From Camelus ferus (taxonomy: Eukaryota), in the NCBI RefSeq assembly GCF_009834535.1, contig NC_045696.1, forward strand, positions 55,864,001 to 55,928,000: DNA of 64,000 nt. Reading direction: 5' to 3'. Each line of letters starts with the position of its first letter. Position 1 is the first letter of the stretch. The position numbers and the translations under genes were made by a program. The notes below the pieces were generated by a model. That model searched no databases, was not told the origin of the DNA, and saw nothing but the letters and a program-made list of their open reading frames with translations. Below are positions 47,490 to 61,517 of the stretch, piece by piece.

Positions 47490-50400
47490 TCTTATTTCTT
47501 ACTGCAATTTGTGCTTCTGGTGTCTTGTTTAAGCAATCTTTCTATAAAGATAATCTTTCATGTTTTCTTCTAAATTCTGTGGGTTTAGACAAAGATCACC
47601 AGGGACAAATCCTTCAGTCATGTTGAATTTTATTTGCCAACATTTATTTTTATTTTTGTATATATTTATAGTTATTATCTTGCATATTTGTTCATAAAGA
47701 AAATTTATCTATAATTTTCTTGCATTGCACTTTCCTGGTCTTGGTACTAAGATGAGTATAACCTCATAAGTTTCTATTCTATGAAACAGTTTTATATAAG
47801 ATAAAGGTTATCTGTAATTTGTAAGTTTGGTGGAGTTCTCACATAAAACTATCTGGCCTTAGTGTATTTTATGGCCAGAGAAGACTCTTGATTCCCAGTT
47901 TAATTTCTTGATGCTGGTAGGTTTATTTGGATTTTATATTTCTTCTTGAGTCAGTTTCAGGAAATTATATTTTTCTAGAAAATTATCCATTGCTTTTAAG
48001 TTTTCCAATGCATTTGTCTGGGAATCTTTAAGAATATCTTTTATACTTAATAGTGTCATCTGCCTAGTATAGATTTATTTTTTTTTATCTTGCTCATTAC
48101 CCTGAGTATAACTTTTGATTAGAGAATTTATATCTTCTTTTAGTTATGAAAAATTCTTAACAATTACCTTTTCAAAATATTGCTTCTCCCATTTTCTTCC
48201 TTTAGAGAACAGCTACTAAATGAATGTTGGAGCCTCTCCATCAATTGTCAATCAAAAACTTTTATTTCTCTACTAGACATTATACTACTTATTCCATCTT
48301 TATTGCAGTGACTATCTTTTTCATTTCAAAAATTTTAATTAACTTTTTACCATATATCTTGTCATTTATACCTGTTTTGATTTTATAATTTCTTATACTC
48401 TGTCTTTATTTTTATCCTTGTACATTCTCAGCATCCTTATTTTAAACTATGTCAAAGATTTTTTAAATTTTATTTCGCCTGAAATGAATTCATGATCCAC
48501 TTATTGGCTTTCTTGACTATCTTTGTAAACATTGATTTCTTTATGTATTTAAGCATTTTGTTTGCAAGCTTTTTTGAAAATAAACTTGTTCCTGAAGTAC
48601 AAAATATATACAGAAAAGCACACAGATTATTAATACATAGATAGATGAATTTTCAGAATGAATTCACCTGTGTAATCATCTTCCAGAGCAAGAAATAAAA
48701 CATTACCAGGTTCTTAAAACCCACTCACTATATGCCATCTTAATCACTACCACCCCAAAGATAACGTATTATCTTGACTTCTAACACAATAGATTAGTTT
48801 TTTTAATTTTCAAAGAAAAATTTGCTTTTGGTCTCTCCCTTGTCTCTCTGTCTCCCCACCTGAGCCTCCATCTTTACCCTCTCTCCTCCAGCCAGGTGGG
48901 TTGCCTCAGCTCCTGTGAGTGAGCCTTGTCTTTCCATCCTGTCTCCTTAAATAAGGTTATAGCCTCAGTAAAAAGTCAGTAGCGTTTTTGTTTGTAGCTT
49001 CCTTTCCTGAGTTGGGGAGCCCTTCTCCACCACTGGCTACCACAGGTGGGCCTGGTGCTGGTCTTCCATACCTGATGTGGGGTGCTCTTAGACCCCTCTG
49101 ACCTCACAGAGCTGAATTCTTACAGCCACTGCCTTCTCCCAGACCTGGAACCCAGCACCATTTTGCAGTTCCATTCTTATTCTTATTTATGGAGATATTA
49201 TTTTTATATTTGAGATGGTCTGTGTCTTTTTCTCTCTCTCTTTTGGGTATTCATCTGTCATTACTCTTTGGCTGAAGTGGTGGTTGGGAGGAAGGGGTAT
49301 CTGAGCATGATTCACTGTACCATATTCCATAGTCTTGAATGGGATGGATAGTTTTATCCTATCATCTGTAAATATTGGCAATTTTTTTCTCCCCCTTTTT
49401 AAACATTATAACTTTTATCCTATTTTATTGTCTTGTTTTACTAGCTAGGACTAGAACGTCCAGTCCAGTATCGAATAGAAGCACTGATAGCAGACATTCT
49501 CATTTGTTCCCAGTTCTAGAGGACATGCTTCTAATATTTCACCAATAAGTATGATTCTTGCCATAGGCTTTTGGTAGACACCTTTCTTTCTTATGTTAAG
49601 GAGTGTTGGGTATTGAATTTTATTATTATTTTTTTCATCTATTGAGATGAGCATATGAGTTTCCCTTTAATTTGTTCATACGTGAAATGCATTAATACAT
49701 TTTCTAATGTTAAATCATCTTTTTATTTCTTGGATTAAATTCTGCTTGGCCATGGTATGTTTTTGGTTCTTGTTATCTTTGAAAGATTGATATTTTATCT
49801 AGGGTTTTTATGTCTACGTGTAATAGTGAAACTGGCCTTTGCTTTTCCCTTCTCTTTCTTTCCTTGCCCAGTCTTGACATTCTGGTTATTTTCATAGAAT
49901 GAGTTTGGATTCTTTCTCTCCTCTTCTATTCTCTGGAACAGTATGCGTAAGATAAGAATTGAAAGGTTGTTAGAACTTCTCTGTAAAACTGATAGAATTT
50001 TTCAATTAATAGGTTTAAAACTACTGTTTCATTTCCTTTACATTTGATTTTCTGTTCTTTTTTTTCCTTCTTTCTTGACTGAGTTTCAGTAAGCTTTTTT
50101 TTTTTTTTTAGAAAATTATGCATTTTCTAGGAAAATATCTGTATTTTTAACTGTTGTGTGGGTATAAACATGCTCTTTTGCAGTTTAAAAATCTACTGTG
50201 TTTGTATCCCGTTTTTATTCTCTATATTGTTTATTTGTGACTTCTCTCTGTTTCTTACTCTATCTTATCAAAAGTACGTCTAGTTTTCTTAAAGTACATC
50301 TAGTTTATCGTTCTTTTCAAAGAACTACCTTTTGGTGTTTGTTATGTGTGGAAGATACTATTCTAGTCAGTAGAGTAAACAAAATGGATAAAAATCCCTT

Positions 50401-51600
50401 CCTTTGAAGTTATCTTCTAATGCAGGGAAATTAATAAACAATAAGTTTAATAATAAACTAATAAATAAAAAACTTGATTAGGTGATGATTGTTTTAAAAA
50501 TAAGTAGATCAGGATAAGGAAGAATGAGAGGACAGAGGTGAGGGAAGCATAGGTGGGTTCCAATTTAAATAGGGTGGTTAGAGGAAAGAAGATGACATTT
50601 GACAAGCAAAGACTTGAAAGAAGCAAGGGAATTAGTCCTGTGGATGTCTGGGGAAGACGCTGCTGGCAGAAGGAGCAACCAGTGCACAGACCCTCAAGTG
50701 GGAACCTGTCCAGAGTGAGGAAGAGCTAGGAGGATAGTGGCTGGAACAGAGGAAACAATAGTCTGGACAGGCAAGGGCTCCCGGAGGGGAGGGCCTGAAA
50801 CATTTAGGGCTTTCTTCCATTGTTAAGACTCTGGCTTTTATTCTGAGTGAAATGCCTTGGAGGCTATTGCATGGAGGTTTGGCATGATTTGACTTACTTT
50901 TCTGGCTACTGCGTTGCAAATAGACTGAAGGAGGCCAAGAATGAAGGCAGGAAAAGCATTGCAGGCTACGTAATAATTTTGAGAGTTGAAAATGGCTTGG
51001 ACCAAGGTGGTAACAGTGTAGATGGTGAGAATAGTTTTAATTCTGAATATTTTGTTCTGGAGATTTACTCTCCAGTTGTATGGGGATGTGGGAGAAAGAG
51101 AAGAGTCAAAGATCTCCAGGAAGGTCAGCCTGAGCCACTGCAAGGCTGAGTTGCTAATGATACCGTTTATATTTCATTGTTTTTTTAAATTTCAACTGCT
51201 TCCTTTGTACTATTTTCCTATGTTTTATTTGAAGTTGCTGTATTGTTGGGTTTTTTTTTTAACTCTCTGAGTTACAAGGTTACCTAATCTGTGCCTTTTC
51301 TCTTGCCCCCTAATATTTGCATTTAAGGTTATTCAAATCCCCCTAGTGCTGTTTTAGCTACTTTACTCAAGTTTTGATATTGTATTGGTTCTATTGTCGT
51401 TTACTTTTTAATACTCTAGTCTCTGTTATGATTATTTTTAACTCATTCGTTACTTAAAAGGGAATTTTTAAATCTTCAAGTATATTTTAAAATAATTTTT
51501 GTCATTGATTTCTAATTTTATTACATTTTATTTAGATAATGTTGTCTGGAATATACTGAGTCTGTGATGTCTGTGGGCCTTGCTTTGTGACATACTATGC
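47490..51600 (-). mobile_element. Patchwork of ancient antisense L1M fragments with an L2 segment (about 50340-51130)
   Basis: AT-rich L1 ORF2-like remnants (ORF 49451..49654 MLISID..KIQYP...PMARIIL.GE.LEA.PL..GT) and L2-like purine-rich text. Confidence 0.65.
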
Positions 51601-52690
51601 TCATTTAAAAGGCCCCTTAATTCTCTGTCTGATGGATGCAGCCTTTCCTATATGACCAAAAAGCAGATAAATTCATGTATGTGATTCAAGTCTCATCTCA
51701 AGCAGAGTCTTTTCATCATTTCTTAAAAAAAAAACAAAAAACAAAAAAACAAAACTAAGATCAGGGCAGGCAAATGAGGTGATCAAATTAGGCGTCTTCC
51801 TCTCTTGTGTCCTGTGGGAGCTGAAGCTGCCACAGGCCAAGGAGCCTGAAGGTTGCACTGTCAGAGTGGACTTCGTCGCACAGGTGTCCAAGACCTGTCT
51901 GCTCAGAAAGGAGATGCAAGGGGACTTGGGGACCAGGTCTGGGGCTCAGATGTGGAGGTGAGGAAATCACTGTCAGCACTCTCCAAATGGGGTTCCCACA
52001 AACTGCTCACAGTATCACATCCCAGTATACCCCAGATCCACATGCTTGTTATACATGTGCCTCCCAGTTACCTCTGAAGGCAGATAACCATTCCAGAAAC
52101 CTGAAATAGCTGTCTTCCTCGTGAAGAGGACTGCACAAATCAGTCTGCAGTCTCAACTTCTGTGATTCTGCACATGGCTTTGTTCCATGGCAGGAATGCG
52201 AGGTAGCTGTTAACGGCACCAGGACTGGAGCCCTGTGCTGTGGTCACTGTGTGCCCTGCTGCTCCTGCTGGTCTCTCTCTCTAAGATGAGCTGGCCGTCA
52301 GGTGCCCCTTCTTTATCACAGAAGTATTCGTGGAAATGGGCTGTTTGGTATTGAAGATGGGCCAGATTTTCAGCTCCCTGGAAGGCAGGAGTTTCATGTT
52401 ACCTTTTTTGGTTCAGTATTGTAAAAAGCCCCTTGGTAACCTTGACCATAAAATGTCAAGGGATCTGTTGGAAGGTACTGTAGAGCATATAAAGCTCATT
52501 GAGGTTCTTTCTACCACCTGGCTGGGCAGCCACGTGCTGGGCACTGGAAGGCTCTGGACTGCTCATAAGGACAAGTGATGAGCCTGGAATGGGGAGCTTG
52601 AAATCCTTGGGAATGGGATGTTCAGACCAGAGTGAACCTAGCCCCCAGGGCAACTGCTCATTTCACTGCCCAGGGTTCTTTTCAGAAAAC

Positions 52691-53105
52691 TGTATTATTT
52701 AGCTAGAGCTGCTATAACGAAGTGCCAGCGACTGGGTGGTTTAAACAACAGAAGTTTGCCATCTCACAGTTCTGGAGGCTAGAAGTCTGAGATTAAGGTG
52801 ACAGTAAGGTTTGTTCCTTCTGAGGGCTGTGAGGGAAGGAGCCATTCCAGGCCTCTCTCTTTGGCTTGGAGATGGCTGTCTACTCCACGTGGCTGCACAT
52901 CATCTTTCCTCTCTTGCTGTGACCAAATGTCCTCTTCTTGTAAGAACACCAGTCATAGTGGATAAGGGTCTACCCTAATGGCTTCATTTTAATGTAATTA
53001 ACTCTGTAAAGACCCTGTCTCCAAATATAGTCACATTCTGAGTTATTGGGGGTTAGGACTTCAACACATGAATTTACAGGGGGACCTCAATTTAGCCCAT
53101 AATAA
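52691..53105 (-). mobile_element. MLT1-type (MaLR) solo LTR
   Basis: gctgctataac...gactgggtggtttaaacaacagaag...ctggaggctagaagtctgag...gggggttaggacttcaacacatgaattt. Confidence 0.85.
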
Positions 53106-53368
53106 TATTAATTTAACCATGGCCTTAAATCTTCTCAGTTGAGCAATATTCATATTCTGCTCTGGTATTTTATCTTTAGACATGAAAAATATTCACAAAT
53201 TTTGGTTACAGAAGTGATGCCTTTGATAAATGAGCTGATTATTATACTAGCTAATTTATAATGAATGCCTGTAAGCCCCGGTTTCTTTCTTTCTTCCTTT
53301 TAAGAACAGGCTTCACCTTGGATATTTCTTGGTTTTTTATTTTTTTGTTTGTTTCTTTTCTCTTCTAG

Positions 53369-53570
53369 GAGATGTACCTCCTACCCCACAGACAAAGTGT
53401 ACTGACTTCCAGAATGCAAATCTCCTCCGAGGCACCAGTCTCAGAGTCCAGTTTCTCCTCTTCACCACTTCAGATCCTAGCTGTGGGCAGCTAGTGGAAG
53501 AAAGTAGTGACATCCAAAACACTGGGTTCAATGCCACTCTAGAAACCAAGCTAGTTATCCATGGATTCAG
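53369..53570 (+). CDS. PLA1A: PLA1A exon 2: DVPPTPQTKCTDFQNANLLRG...TKLVIHGF(R)
   Basis: ttctag|GA ... TTCAG|gtggga, 202 nt. Lipase IHGF oxyanion motif. Confidence 0.96.
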
Positions 53571-55285
53571 GTGGGAGCCAGCCAACCAATAGAAGCACCT
53601 CAGCTGAGAACTAGAAAATGACCACAATGCCATAGGAAGTTAGTGGGGAACAAGAGGAGAAATGGATTTATTGCCTGTCACTCACCCTATCACTCACCTC
53701 CTGCTGACTTTGAAAATGTCTCTGGATAAACATGATCAGACGTTGGGTTGTTCTTTCTCGTTAGTCATATATGTTACTCCTCTGCTCAGTCTCATCTACA
53801 CACTCTCAAACAGTAAATATGTGTGACCCTGGACAAGTCACTCCAGCACACAGAGCCTTGGTTTCCATATCTGAGTAAAAGGGATATTGTAGAGATGGTC
53901 TCAGTGATCCTTTCCTCCCTGAAGCGGGGACTACATGATTCATCTCAACCAATGAGGTCACAGGTTTTGTGCAATCGCTCAGGGTAACATCGTGGTGTTT
54001 TTATCCAGGGTTTTATTTCCTCTTCTTCACTTCTTCCTGGGTTTCATGACCTAAGAAACTTCCACTTATGAGTACTGTTTCCATCATTGCCAGAGGTTAG
54101 CATTTCTCAGGCGCTATATACTTTTCTTCAACTTCTTTGATGCCCTACAGTCCAAATTTTGTTGTAATATATTGTCTCCTGAGTCTCAATTCAGTCACCA
54201 TCCTTCCTTCCATCATATTCTCTCTCCAAAGCCCACTGACAAAGCCAGAAACAGAGAAAGGTTGCTGGGAGGAAACAGGGAGAACATGGGGTGACACAGT
54301 GGTACTCTAGAGTAGCTGGAGCTGGGAGCACTCGGTGAAGATGTGGGCAGTGAGGCACTGCACAAAGGATCATGGTTTTCTCATCTTTGGGTTCTCTCTG
54401 CCTCTCAAATCCCTGACTCCAGGGACCCAGCCACATCTTTCCTTAGGCATCCCTTCTCACTCTTGTGCCAAAATCTCTCCTCTAGCAAATTGTGTATTCG
54501 GGCACTATTTGAGACTGAGTGTGTACTCTCAACCCAGAGAGAGCAAGTGGAGCTGGAGAGCCCAGCAGCCTCGTCCCACTGTCTGCTCCCAGATGCTCCC
54601 AAAGTCACGTTCCATGGCACACACCCCATCTGGGCACCTCTGTCCCATGAGCATGCTCTCTGGGCTTTTGAGAAGACTTCTTTCCCATTCCCAATCTCTT
54701 GGGGAGGCTTTCTGAATATGTCTTATTTTTCTTTATTTCTCACAAAGCACTTAGCATACTGCCTGACCCACTTGTTGAATGAATGAAAGGATGAATGAAT
54801 AAACAAGTGAATGAAAACATCCTCAAGGAAAGTGCCTATATTATGGAATGATAATTAAGATCGTAAATCTTAACTCTAAGGTACAAAGCTACCTTTTCTA
54901 TTCCATGAGTAGCACAAGCAGGGTTGGTACATATGGTCTGTGTGGTTTATGCATTGCATGGAGGTACCTGACTGAGGGCTGGTGGGGCTGAACTTTTATC
55001 TGAGCTCTGAGGCCTGAACCAAGGCTGCATCCACCTGGAAAAAAGGCATCCTTTTATAATTTACTCATAGGCTGCATGTGTGCAAGTAGGAGCTCTGGTA
55101 ACTTTGCGATTATGTCTTCCTTATGCTCAAAGTGCTATAGGATTTAGTGCCCATAACCTGCCCCCCCACTGCCCCCTGCCACTTGTGACATTTTTTCCTG
55201 TTTATAGAAATGTCATTGTAATTTCCACAATAACGGATATAGGCTAGGCAGGTAATTTTCCTATCCTTTCTTGGCCCCACATTAG

Positions 55286-55463
55286 GGCTTTAGGAACAAA
55301 GCCTTCCTGGATTGATAAATTCATCGGCGCCCTTCTGCAGGCCACAGATGCTAATGTGGTCGCCGTGGACTGGGTCTATGGCTCTACAGGTGTCTACTTC
55401 TCAGCCGTGGAAAATGTGGTTAAGCTGGGACTCGAGATCTCTCGTTTCCTCAGTAAACTCCTG
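55286..55463 (+). CDS. PLA1A: PLA1A exon 3: ALGTKPSWIDKFIGALLQATDANVVAVDWVYGSTGVYFSAVENVVKLGLEISRFLSKLL
   Basis: attag|G ... CTG|gtaggt, 178 nt. NV..VDW lipase motif. Confidence 0.96.
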
Positions 55464-55863
55464 GTAGGTGTAGAAGAGCTTAGGGTGAGTTCTGGCTGCC
55501 TATGGGGAAGAGGGGTCAAAAAGAAAGAAATGACACATGAGGAGGAGTTTTAGGATGGAAGCAGAGCTACCTCATAGCTTGTGGGTCTTTGGTTCAAATC
55601 TCAACTAGTTGCTCAAGAGAGAGTGGTGGTGGTCCTCACTCACACACTTTGGGTACCAAGGGGAAAGTGAGTGGGTTGTCAAGGTAGGAAGCCCAAGGAG
55701 AGGGCAAGTGGATGAGGATTCTGTACTTTTTTCCCAAAACATGTGTGGCTGGTGTGTCGTGCCCAGGACTCTGTGCTTCTGGTGCCTCAGGAAAAAATGT
55801 TACCCTTATAAGGCTAGGAGCTGCTGTGGTCCAAATGCAACTCACTGTAAATGCCCATTCTAG

Positions 55864-55972
55864 GCTCTGGGTGTGTCACAGTCCTCAGTCCACATCATTG
55901 GTGTCAGCCTGGGGGCCCACGTTGCGGGCATGGTGGGACATTTCTACAAAGGCCAACTGGGACGGATCACAG
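55864..55972 (+). CDS. PLA1A: PLA1A exon 4: [36 protein letters not shown](G), containing the catalytic Ser
   Basis: ttctag|GCT ... ACAG|gtaatg, 109 nt. GXSXG nucleophile elbow (GVSLG). Confidence 0.96.
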
Positions 55973-56289
55973 GTAATGTTCTTACCTGCTCATCCTCTCG
56001 GGTTTGGAGGTAGAGAATGCCCTGGAAGAGCCTTTGCTGAGGCAGGCAGAGGGAGGTGTTGGGCCTCTGTTCTTGTAACTGAGTCATCTGTCATCACTGA
56101 AATTTATTTATTGTAGCTCTTTTGGATAAAATGTACTGTTATCATTGCATAATCTCTAATGTCAGTGTTAAAGGCCATGTACTTCTGAGCATTAGTTTCT
56201 ACAATTATAAAATGGGTTGTAACAGCTCATAACTCCTTGGTCCACTATAGAAATTTACCTTGTGTTTTGCTAAATACTTGCAAAGTTCT

Positions 56290-56588
56290 GTGCACTTTAT
56301 GCTTCAGGAGCTACCCTCAATAAGGGACTAGAGCTGTGTGGTTAGTACCCTGGCTTTCTGGCACTTCAGTGGGACAATTCTGAGTCATATTCTACAGAGT
56401 ACTTCAGAGGGACCTCAGTGGAATGAGACCCAAAATGATAATCTGTTCATTAAAATTTTCTCCCATTTTCTGACTTCCCTCACTATGCCTTCTATGATCT
56501 TCTCCCAAATAAGCTACTTGCACTTTAAATCCTTGTCTCAGGGTCTGCTTTTTGGGAGGAAGAGGGAAAGGGATCTAAGCTAAAACAT
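56290..56588 (+). mobile_element. ERVL-type LTR relic (LTR16-like)
   Basis: ctcccaaataagctacttgcac...aatccttgtctcagggtctgcttttggg...ctaagctaaaac. Confidence 0.65.
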
Positions 56589-56970
56589 GGGGAGACTAAT
56601 ATTTACTATACTGTGTTGTTGTAAGGACTAGAATGTGTAAAACTGCCCAGCACAAAGCTAGGCACATAGCGACTACTCAAAAAGTTATAGCTATTGTTAT
56701 TACTATATGAGGCTTAATATTACATTAATCCTTACCACATGGTTGGTGTTAGCAGGTTCATTTTAGAGCCAGAGAAACTAGGTCACTGAGAAGTTAAAGA
56801 AATAGAGTAGAGTTTCCTGGGAAAGGTGGTCTTGAGCTATGTCTCTCTCCCTTGGGCCTTGGGTCTTTTTGGGGCTCTAATTTGAACTGGAAGAGCTGGT
56901 GTGTTGGCAGTGGGCCCATGAGGGTTCCTGCAGCTGAGAAGAAAGGCCTCTGACATGTCTGTCCTTGCAG

Positions 56971-57072
56971 GCCTGGACCCCGCTGGACCGGAGTATACCA
57001 GAGCCAGCCTAGAGGAGCGCTTGGATGCTGGGGATGCCCTCTTCGTGGAAGCCATCCACACAGACACAGACA
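56971..57072 (+). CDS. PLA1A: PLA1A exon 5: [33 protein letters not shown], containing the catalytic Asp
   Basis: ttgcag|GC ... GACA|gtgagc, 102 nt. GLDPA and IHTD motifs. Confidence 0.96.
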
Positions 57073-58069
57073 GTGAGCAGGGGTCGGGGAATGACCAGAG
57101 GGAAGGGCCTTGGAGGCTGACATTTGTCTGTGTGGTCCTGGGAAGAGGCCCTTTCCCTCTGAGCTTCTGTTGCACAGTGAGGAGTTTACCAGCATGATTT
57201 TGAAAGTCTCTTCCAGCTCTGTCGTTTTCTGAAGACTGAGATGAATTATTTCATTTTTAGCCAGCAGCAGGCAGGATTCTCATTTGTGGACCAGAATTGT
57301 TTTTTGGTCATGAGTCTCTTTGTGATTCAACACTGAACCTCTTGATGAGGTAGTGCTTGGAGGGTGCTTCTGCCTGGCAGACATACGGGAAATTCGTAAT
57401 GCTTGTTTCAGGGTAAATATGCCTGGCCCCAGCAAACTGGGGCATTCCACTCCTGGGGCAGAGGCTGCTGCTAGTCAGGATTTGCCTCCTCCCCAGAGGA
57501 TGAGCCAACCAGCCCTCATCCAGTGAAGAATGAGAATTGCCTCCTCCAATAGTGACAGGCCAAGGCAAGAACCCCTAACTCTGAATCCATCATAACCAAA
57601 TTAAGCTCTTCTGATCAACTGGACAAGGGGGTGAGCATTCTTCCTCATTTCTACTGGATGTCAAACACCCACAGAATCTGGTGCCAGGTCTTGTGCTCAG
57701 CACGTTGGGTAAGAGAAGTTACATCTGTCTCTGACCAGAAGAATTTGCAGTTCAAGTGAGAGATCGCCATGTCTGATTCCATCTGATCAGAAGCTTTCTC
57801 TTAGCATCCAGAACTCACAGATTTATGATTCTGGAGTAAGCTCATGCCGTCATGTTATTCAACCCTCTTTCCCACTTTTATTTCACAGATAGGAAACCAA
57901 AGCCCATAGTCCTCTGCTTAGCTATTAAGTTAATTAACCATGTTAATTGACAAGGTTAACCCTTCTGTTCCTGAATTTGCTAAATAGATGACTCATTGGT
58001 CCCATTTACCTGAGCTGGGCCTCTCAGTCCCCTTCAAAGTTGGAGCCTCTTCCTAATGTGATTTTTTTA

Positions 58070-59050
58070 AAAATCATTCCATTTATTCAGTTGGTCTTTA
58101 TTGAGCTATGTAGCAGGCACTGAGAATAATGTAATGCAAAAGACACCAAATAAGATCTCTGCCCTTGTGGAACTTACAGGCTAATTGAGCAAGCATTCAT
58201 TCACTTATTCATTCAATAAATATGCATTTGGCACTCACGTGTGCTGGGTACTATGCTGGTGTTGGGGATAGAGCAGAAAAAGGACAGGTAAAGGCCCTGT
58301 TGTGGTGGAGCCTATATACAAGTAAACAATTCCACTCTGTGATTATGGTAATGAGGGATATTGGCAAAGGGTGGCTTGGCATGGGGTGCGAGGTTTACTT
58401 CAAATAAGATTATTGAGAGAAGTGTCTCCAAGGAGGTGAGAAGTGAGACTGCGAATGAGAATGAGTCAGCACTGGGAAGAGCTGGGAGATGAACATTCTA
58501 GGTGGAGAAGACAGCAAAACAAAAGCCCTTTGTTGTGAGTGGGGCAGGAAAGAGAACCGTGTGGTTAGAGTGCAGTGAGTAATGTGCTGAATAGGTTGGA
58601 GAAAAGGAAGCAGGACCAGGCTGGCCACGGCAAGGAGTTTAAATTTTATTTTACAATCAGTGAGAAGTTGGTGGCAATTTGGATATCCTTAAAAGATTAC
58701 TGTGGCTTGGTGTGCAGAGAATGGACTGCAGGTGGGCACTAAGGGAAGACTGGAGGCTCGTTAGAGGGTGACTGATGGCCTGAGTAAGAGATGATAGTGG
58801 CTTAGGCAAAGGTGGTGGCAGGAGAGACAGAGAGAAGTAGAAGGATTCAAAATGTATTTTGGAGGTAGAGCTGATGGGACAGATGCTGGGCAAGGATGGG
58901 TTATTGCTTAACCCCAGGACAGATGACATTAAACAAATAATACACAATCAGTTGCTTACAATAGTGATAGATAATGTGAAGGAGGAAATCGGGGTCTTTG
59001 GCAGCTGAATCTGACCCAGTCTGAGGGTCAGATATGGTTACAATGATGAG
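58070..59050 (-). mobile_element. L2 (LINE-2) fragments
   Basis: cattcattcacttattcattcaataaata tail plus typical L2 antisense text (aaagattactgtggct, gatgatagtggcttagg). Confidence 0.7.
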
Positions 59051-59524
59051 ATAAGATCTACAGTCTCTAAAAGTCATCTCTTTATAGCCAGATTATATTT
59101 CTGCTCAGTCAGAAAAATACAAAAATGTGTGAGAGACTATAAATGTGACCCCAGACATACATATCTGAACTGTTGCTTGAAGCAAAATAGAAACTATTCA
59201 ACAAGGAAATTTACTAAGCTTATAACATTTACTGATTCATAAAACTTATGTTAAGGATATTTTTCTTGATTTTATTAGGCAAATGAGTATCTTCTTACGA
59301 ATTTATTCTTCTGTTCCTTTAAGCATGGCAAAACCCCTTTTGAAAACAATCTGAGGGCTCATTCTGCAGTCTCCCAGCACTTAGGAGTGAAGTGAGCACC
59401 CATTCAGCACAGAGAGGGGGTGGGCCCCCAAGGTCAGCCTTCAGGCTCTGCTGCCAGTGAGCCCTGCTGTGGGACCTGGAAAATGGGCCCCTGCAGTGAG
59501 AAGGTAACAGGGTTCTCCTTTCAG

Positions 59525-59614
59525 ATTTGGGTATTCGGATTCCTGTCGGACATGTGGACTACTTCGTCAACGGAGGCCAAGACCAACCTGGCTGTCCCAT
59601 CTTCATTCATGCAG
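59525..59614 (+). CDS. PLA1A: PLA1A exon 6: (N)[29 protein letters not shown](G)
   Basis: tttcag|AT ... GCAG|gtcagg, 90 nt. GH.D...NGG..QPGC lipase motif. Confidence 0.96.
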
Positions 59615-61349
59615 GTCAGGAGGCCAGAAAGTGTTGGTGTTTGACTACTTCAGAGACTGTAATTTGCCAACAGCCTTCCTGTTGAGTCAGCCAATGTGGG
59701 CCACAGTGAGCCTTCCTTACAGTGTCCTTTTCTCTATCCCATCAGACTTACTCAGCACTTACTGAATGGATGTCTTTCGAGCCCAGGAATTCTGGTGGAG
59801 GAGTGCTTGAAATGAAGAGCCTGCTCCACATTTAGGCTGCCCTTCCCACTTCTTAGGCCCTGCTGTGATCTAACATCACTCAAGCCAATAACTACTACTC
59901 TTCCTCGGCCATCCTTTGTGGCATAGTTCACACTAGCTACATCCTCTGAAGAGCCTCACTATGGCAGAAGCAGACTGATATGCCAAAGCTAGCTACCTGA
60001 AGGATCAATTCCTACCTCACTATTTCCCCAAACTTACTGAATTTAAGTTCTTCAAAATTGTTTTCAGGATAATCTTCCTGAATACATTCAATGAATATAT
60101 ATTTCTTCTATTTTAAATATATTCTTCTGGAATGTCCTTTTCTGATATATTCATTGACTATATTCTTCTTAGCCTAATTTTAAATAATATTAAATGTATC
60201 AAAAGCTAAGCATTAAAGTTATTTAGTCTTCTTATAGTCTTCTTATGACTATAACCAGCCTATCAACATTTCATACAGGAATTTTATCTTGATTTCTGTT
60301 TACTGTGTTTTTAGTCTTTTCCTGCTTTACCAAAATTTTAACACATTAAGGATTCTTTTGACAATTTTGTTGAGTATCCACTAATCCAAGTTACCAAATT
60401 TACTGATTTTCCAAAAACATGTTTCTTTTAACAGTTTATAAATTTTTCAGCAATTCTAATCAGATGATATGGTTTTGTTTTGTTTTAATGGCTCTTGAAA
60501 ATTTCTGTGACATTTTAGTTGGCCACTTTTCATTTTTTCTTCATAACACAATTTGAGAAGGGTTTAGTTTGTGTTTCCCAGCTCCCTGTTGCAGATAGTA
60601 GGAGGTTGGCTGTAGAGTGTGTCCAACCACGGGGGAAAGGAAAGTCAACACAAAGCTTACACTTGGTTGCTGGTCACAGAGAGGGGGGTCTCAAGGTGAT
60701 GGAAGAGTCTGAAGACTCTTCCTTGGAGTTATGGTTCACTATAGACCTCTTAGCCCTGGCAAATTCATCCAAGGTGAATTTTTACAAATTTTTAATTAGT
60801 CAACAATAACAAGAAAACCAAATGTTTGTTAAATTGGGACATTTGGCAAATTCAGTGTTTCAGTTATTTGGCAAGGTGGACCTCAGCACACTGGCTTTCA
60901 GAGATGGACTGTGAACTGCTGCTGACTCTCTTGATTGTCTTGTTGCTAGGCTGGGTAGAATGAGGTTTTAAAAAATTGGTTGTGTGGGTGATGCTGAAGA
61001 AGGTAAAAGTGTGCAGGCAGATACCCATGTTGAGAAGTGGGGTCAGGATTGCCAACTCTGTATGCTCCCATTTTCTGAAAGAGAGCTTGCATGATCATGG
61101 AAGAATGGGTCTCAAATTAAGCAATTTTCTTGGTAGATTAAACTTAGTTATCCCAGGAAAATTAAAAGGAAAAGGGAGAGTGTTGTAACCATGTTCATTC
61201 ATTTTTTTTTTAAATGTGGCTCAGGGGACATCCCATGTATTTATAGCCTGTTGGAATATAAAATTCAATAGAGTTACAGTAAGTGACATGGAGGGAGTTT
61301 CCATTTGTCTTGAACCGAAACCTTGGTTGTGTTTTTTCGCCCTCTTCAG

Positions 61350-61517
61350 GCTACAGTTATTTGATCTGTGATCACATGAGGGCTGTGCACCTCTACATCA
61401 GCGTACTGGAGAATTCCTGTCCACTGATGGCCTTCCCTTGTACCAGCTATAAGGCCTTCCTTGCTGGACACTGTCTGGATTGTTTCAACCCTTTTCTGCT
61501 TTCCTGTCCAAGGATTG
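61350..61517 (+). CDS. PLA1A: PLA1A exon 7: YSYLICDHMRAVHLYISVLENSCPLMAFPC...LLSCPRI(G), containing the catalytic His
   Basis: cttcag|GC ... ATTG|gtaaat, 168 nt. With exon 6 it forms the short 12-residue lid [14 protein letters not shown] typical of PS-PLA1. Confidence 0.96.

Noticed and set aside
59900..60850. AT-rich stretch in PLA1A intron 6 that may be an old DNA transposon
   Set aside because: I could not identify termini, a TSD or a family by eye. It needs a Dfam search.
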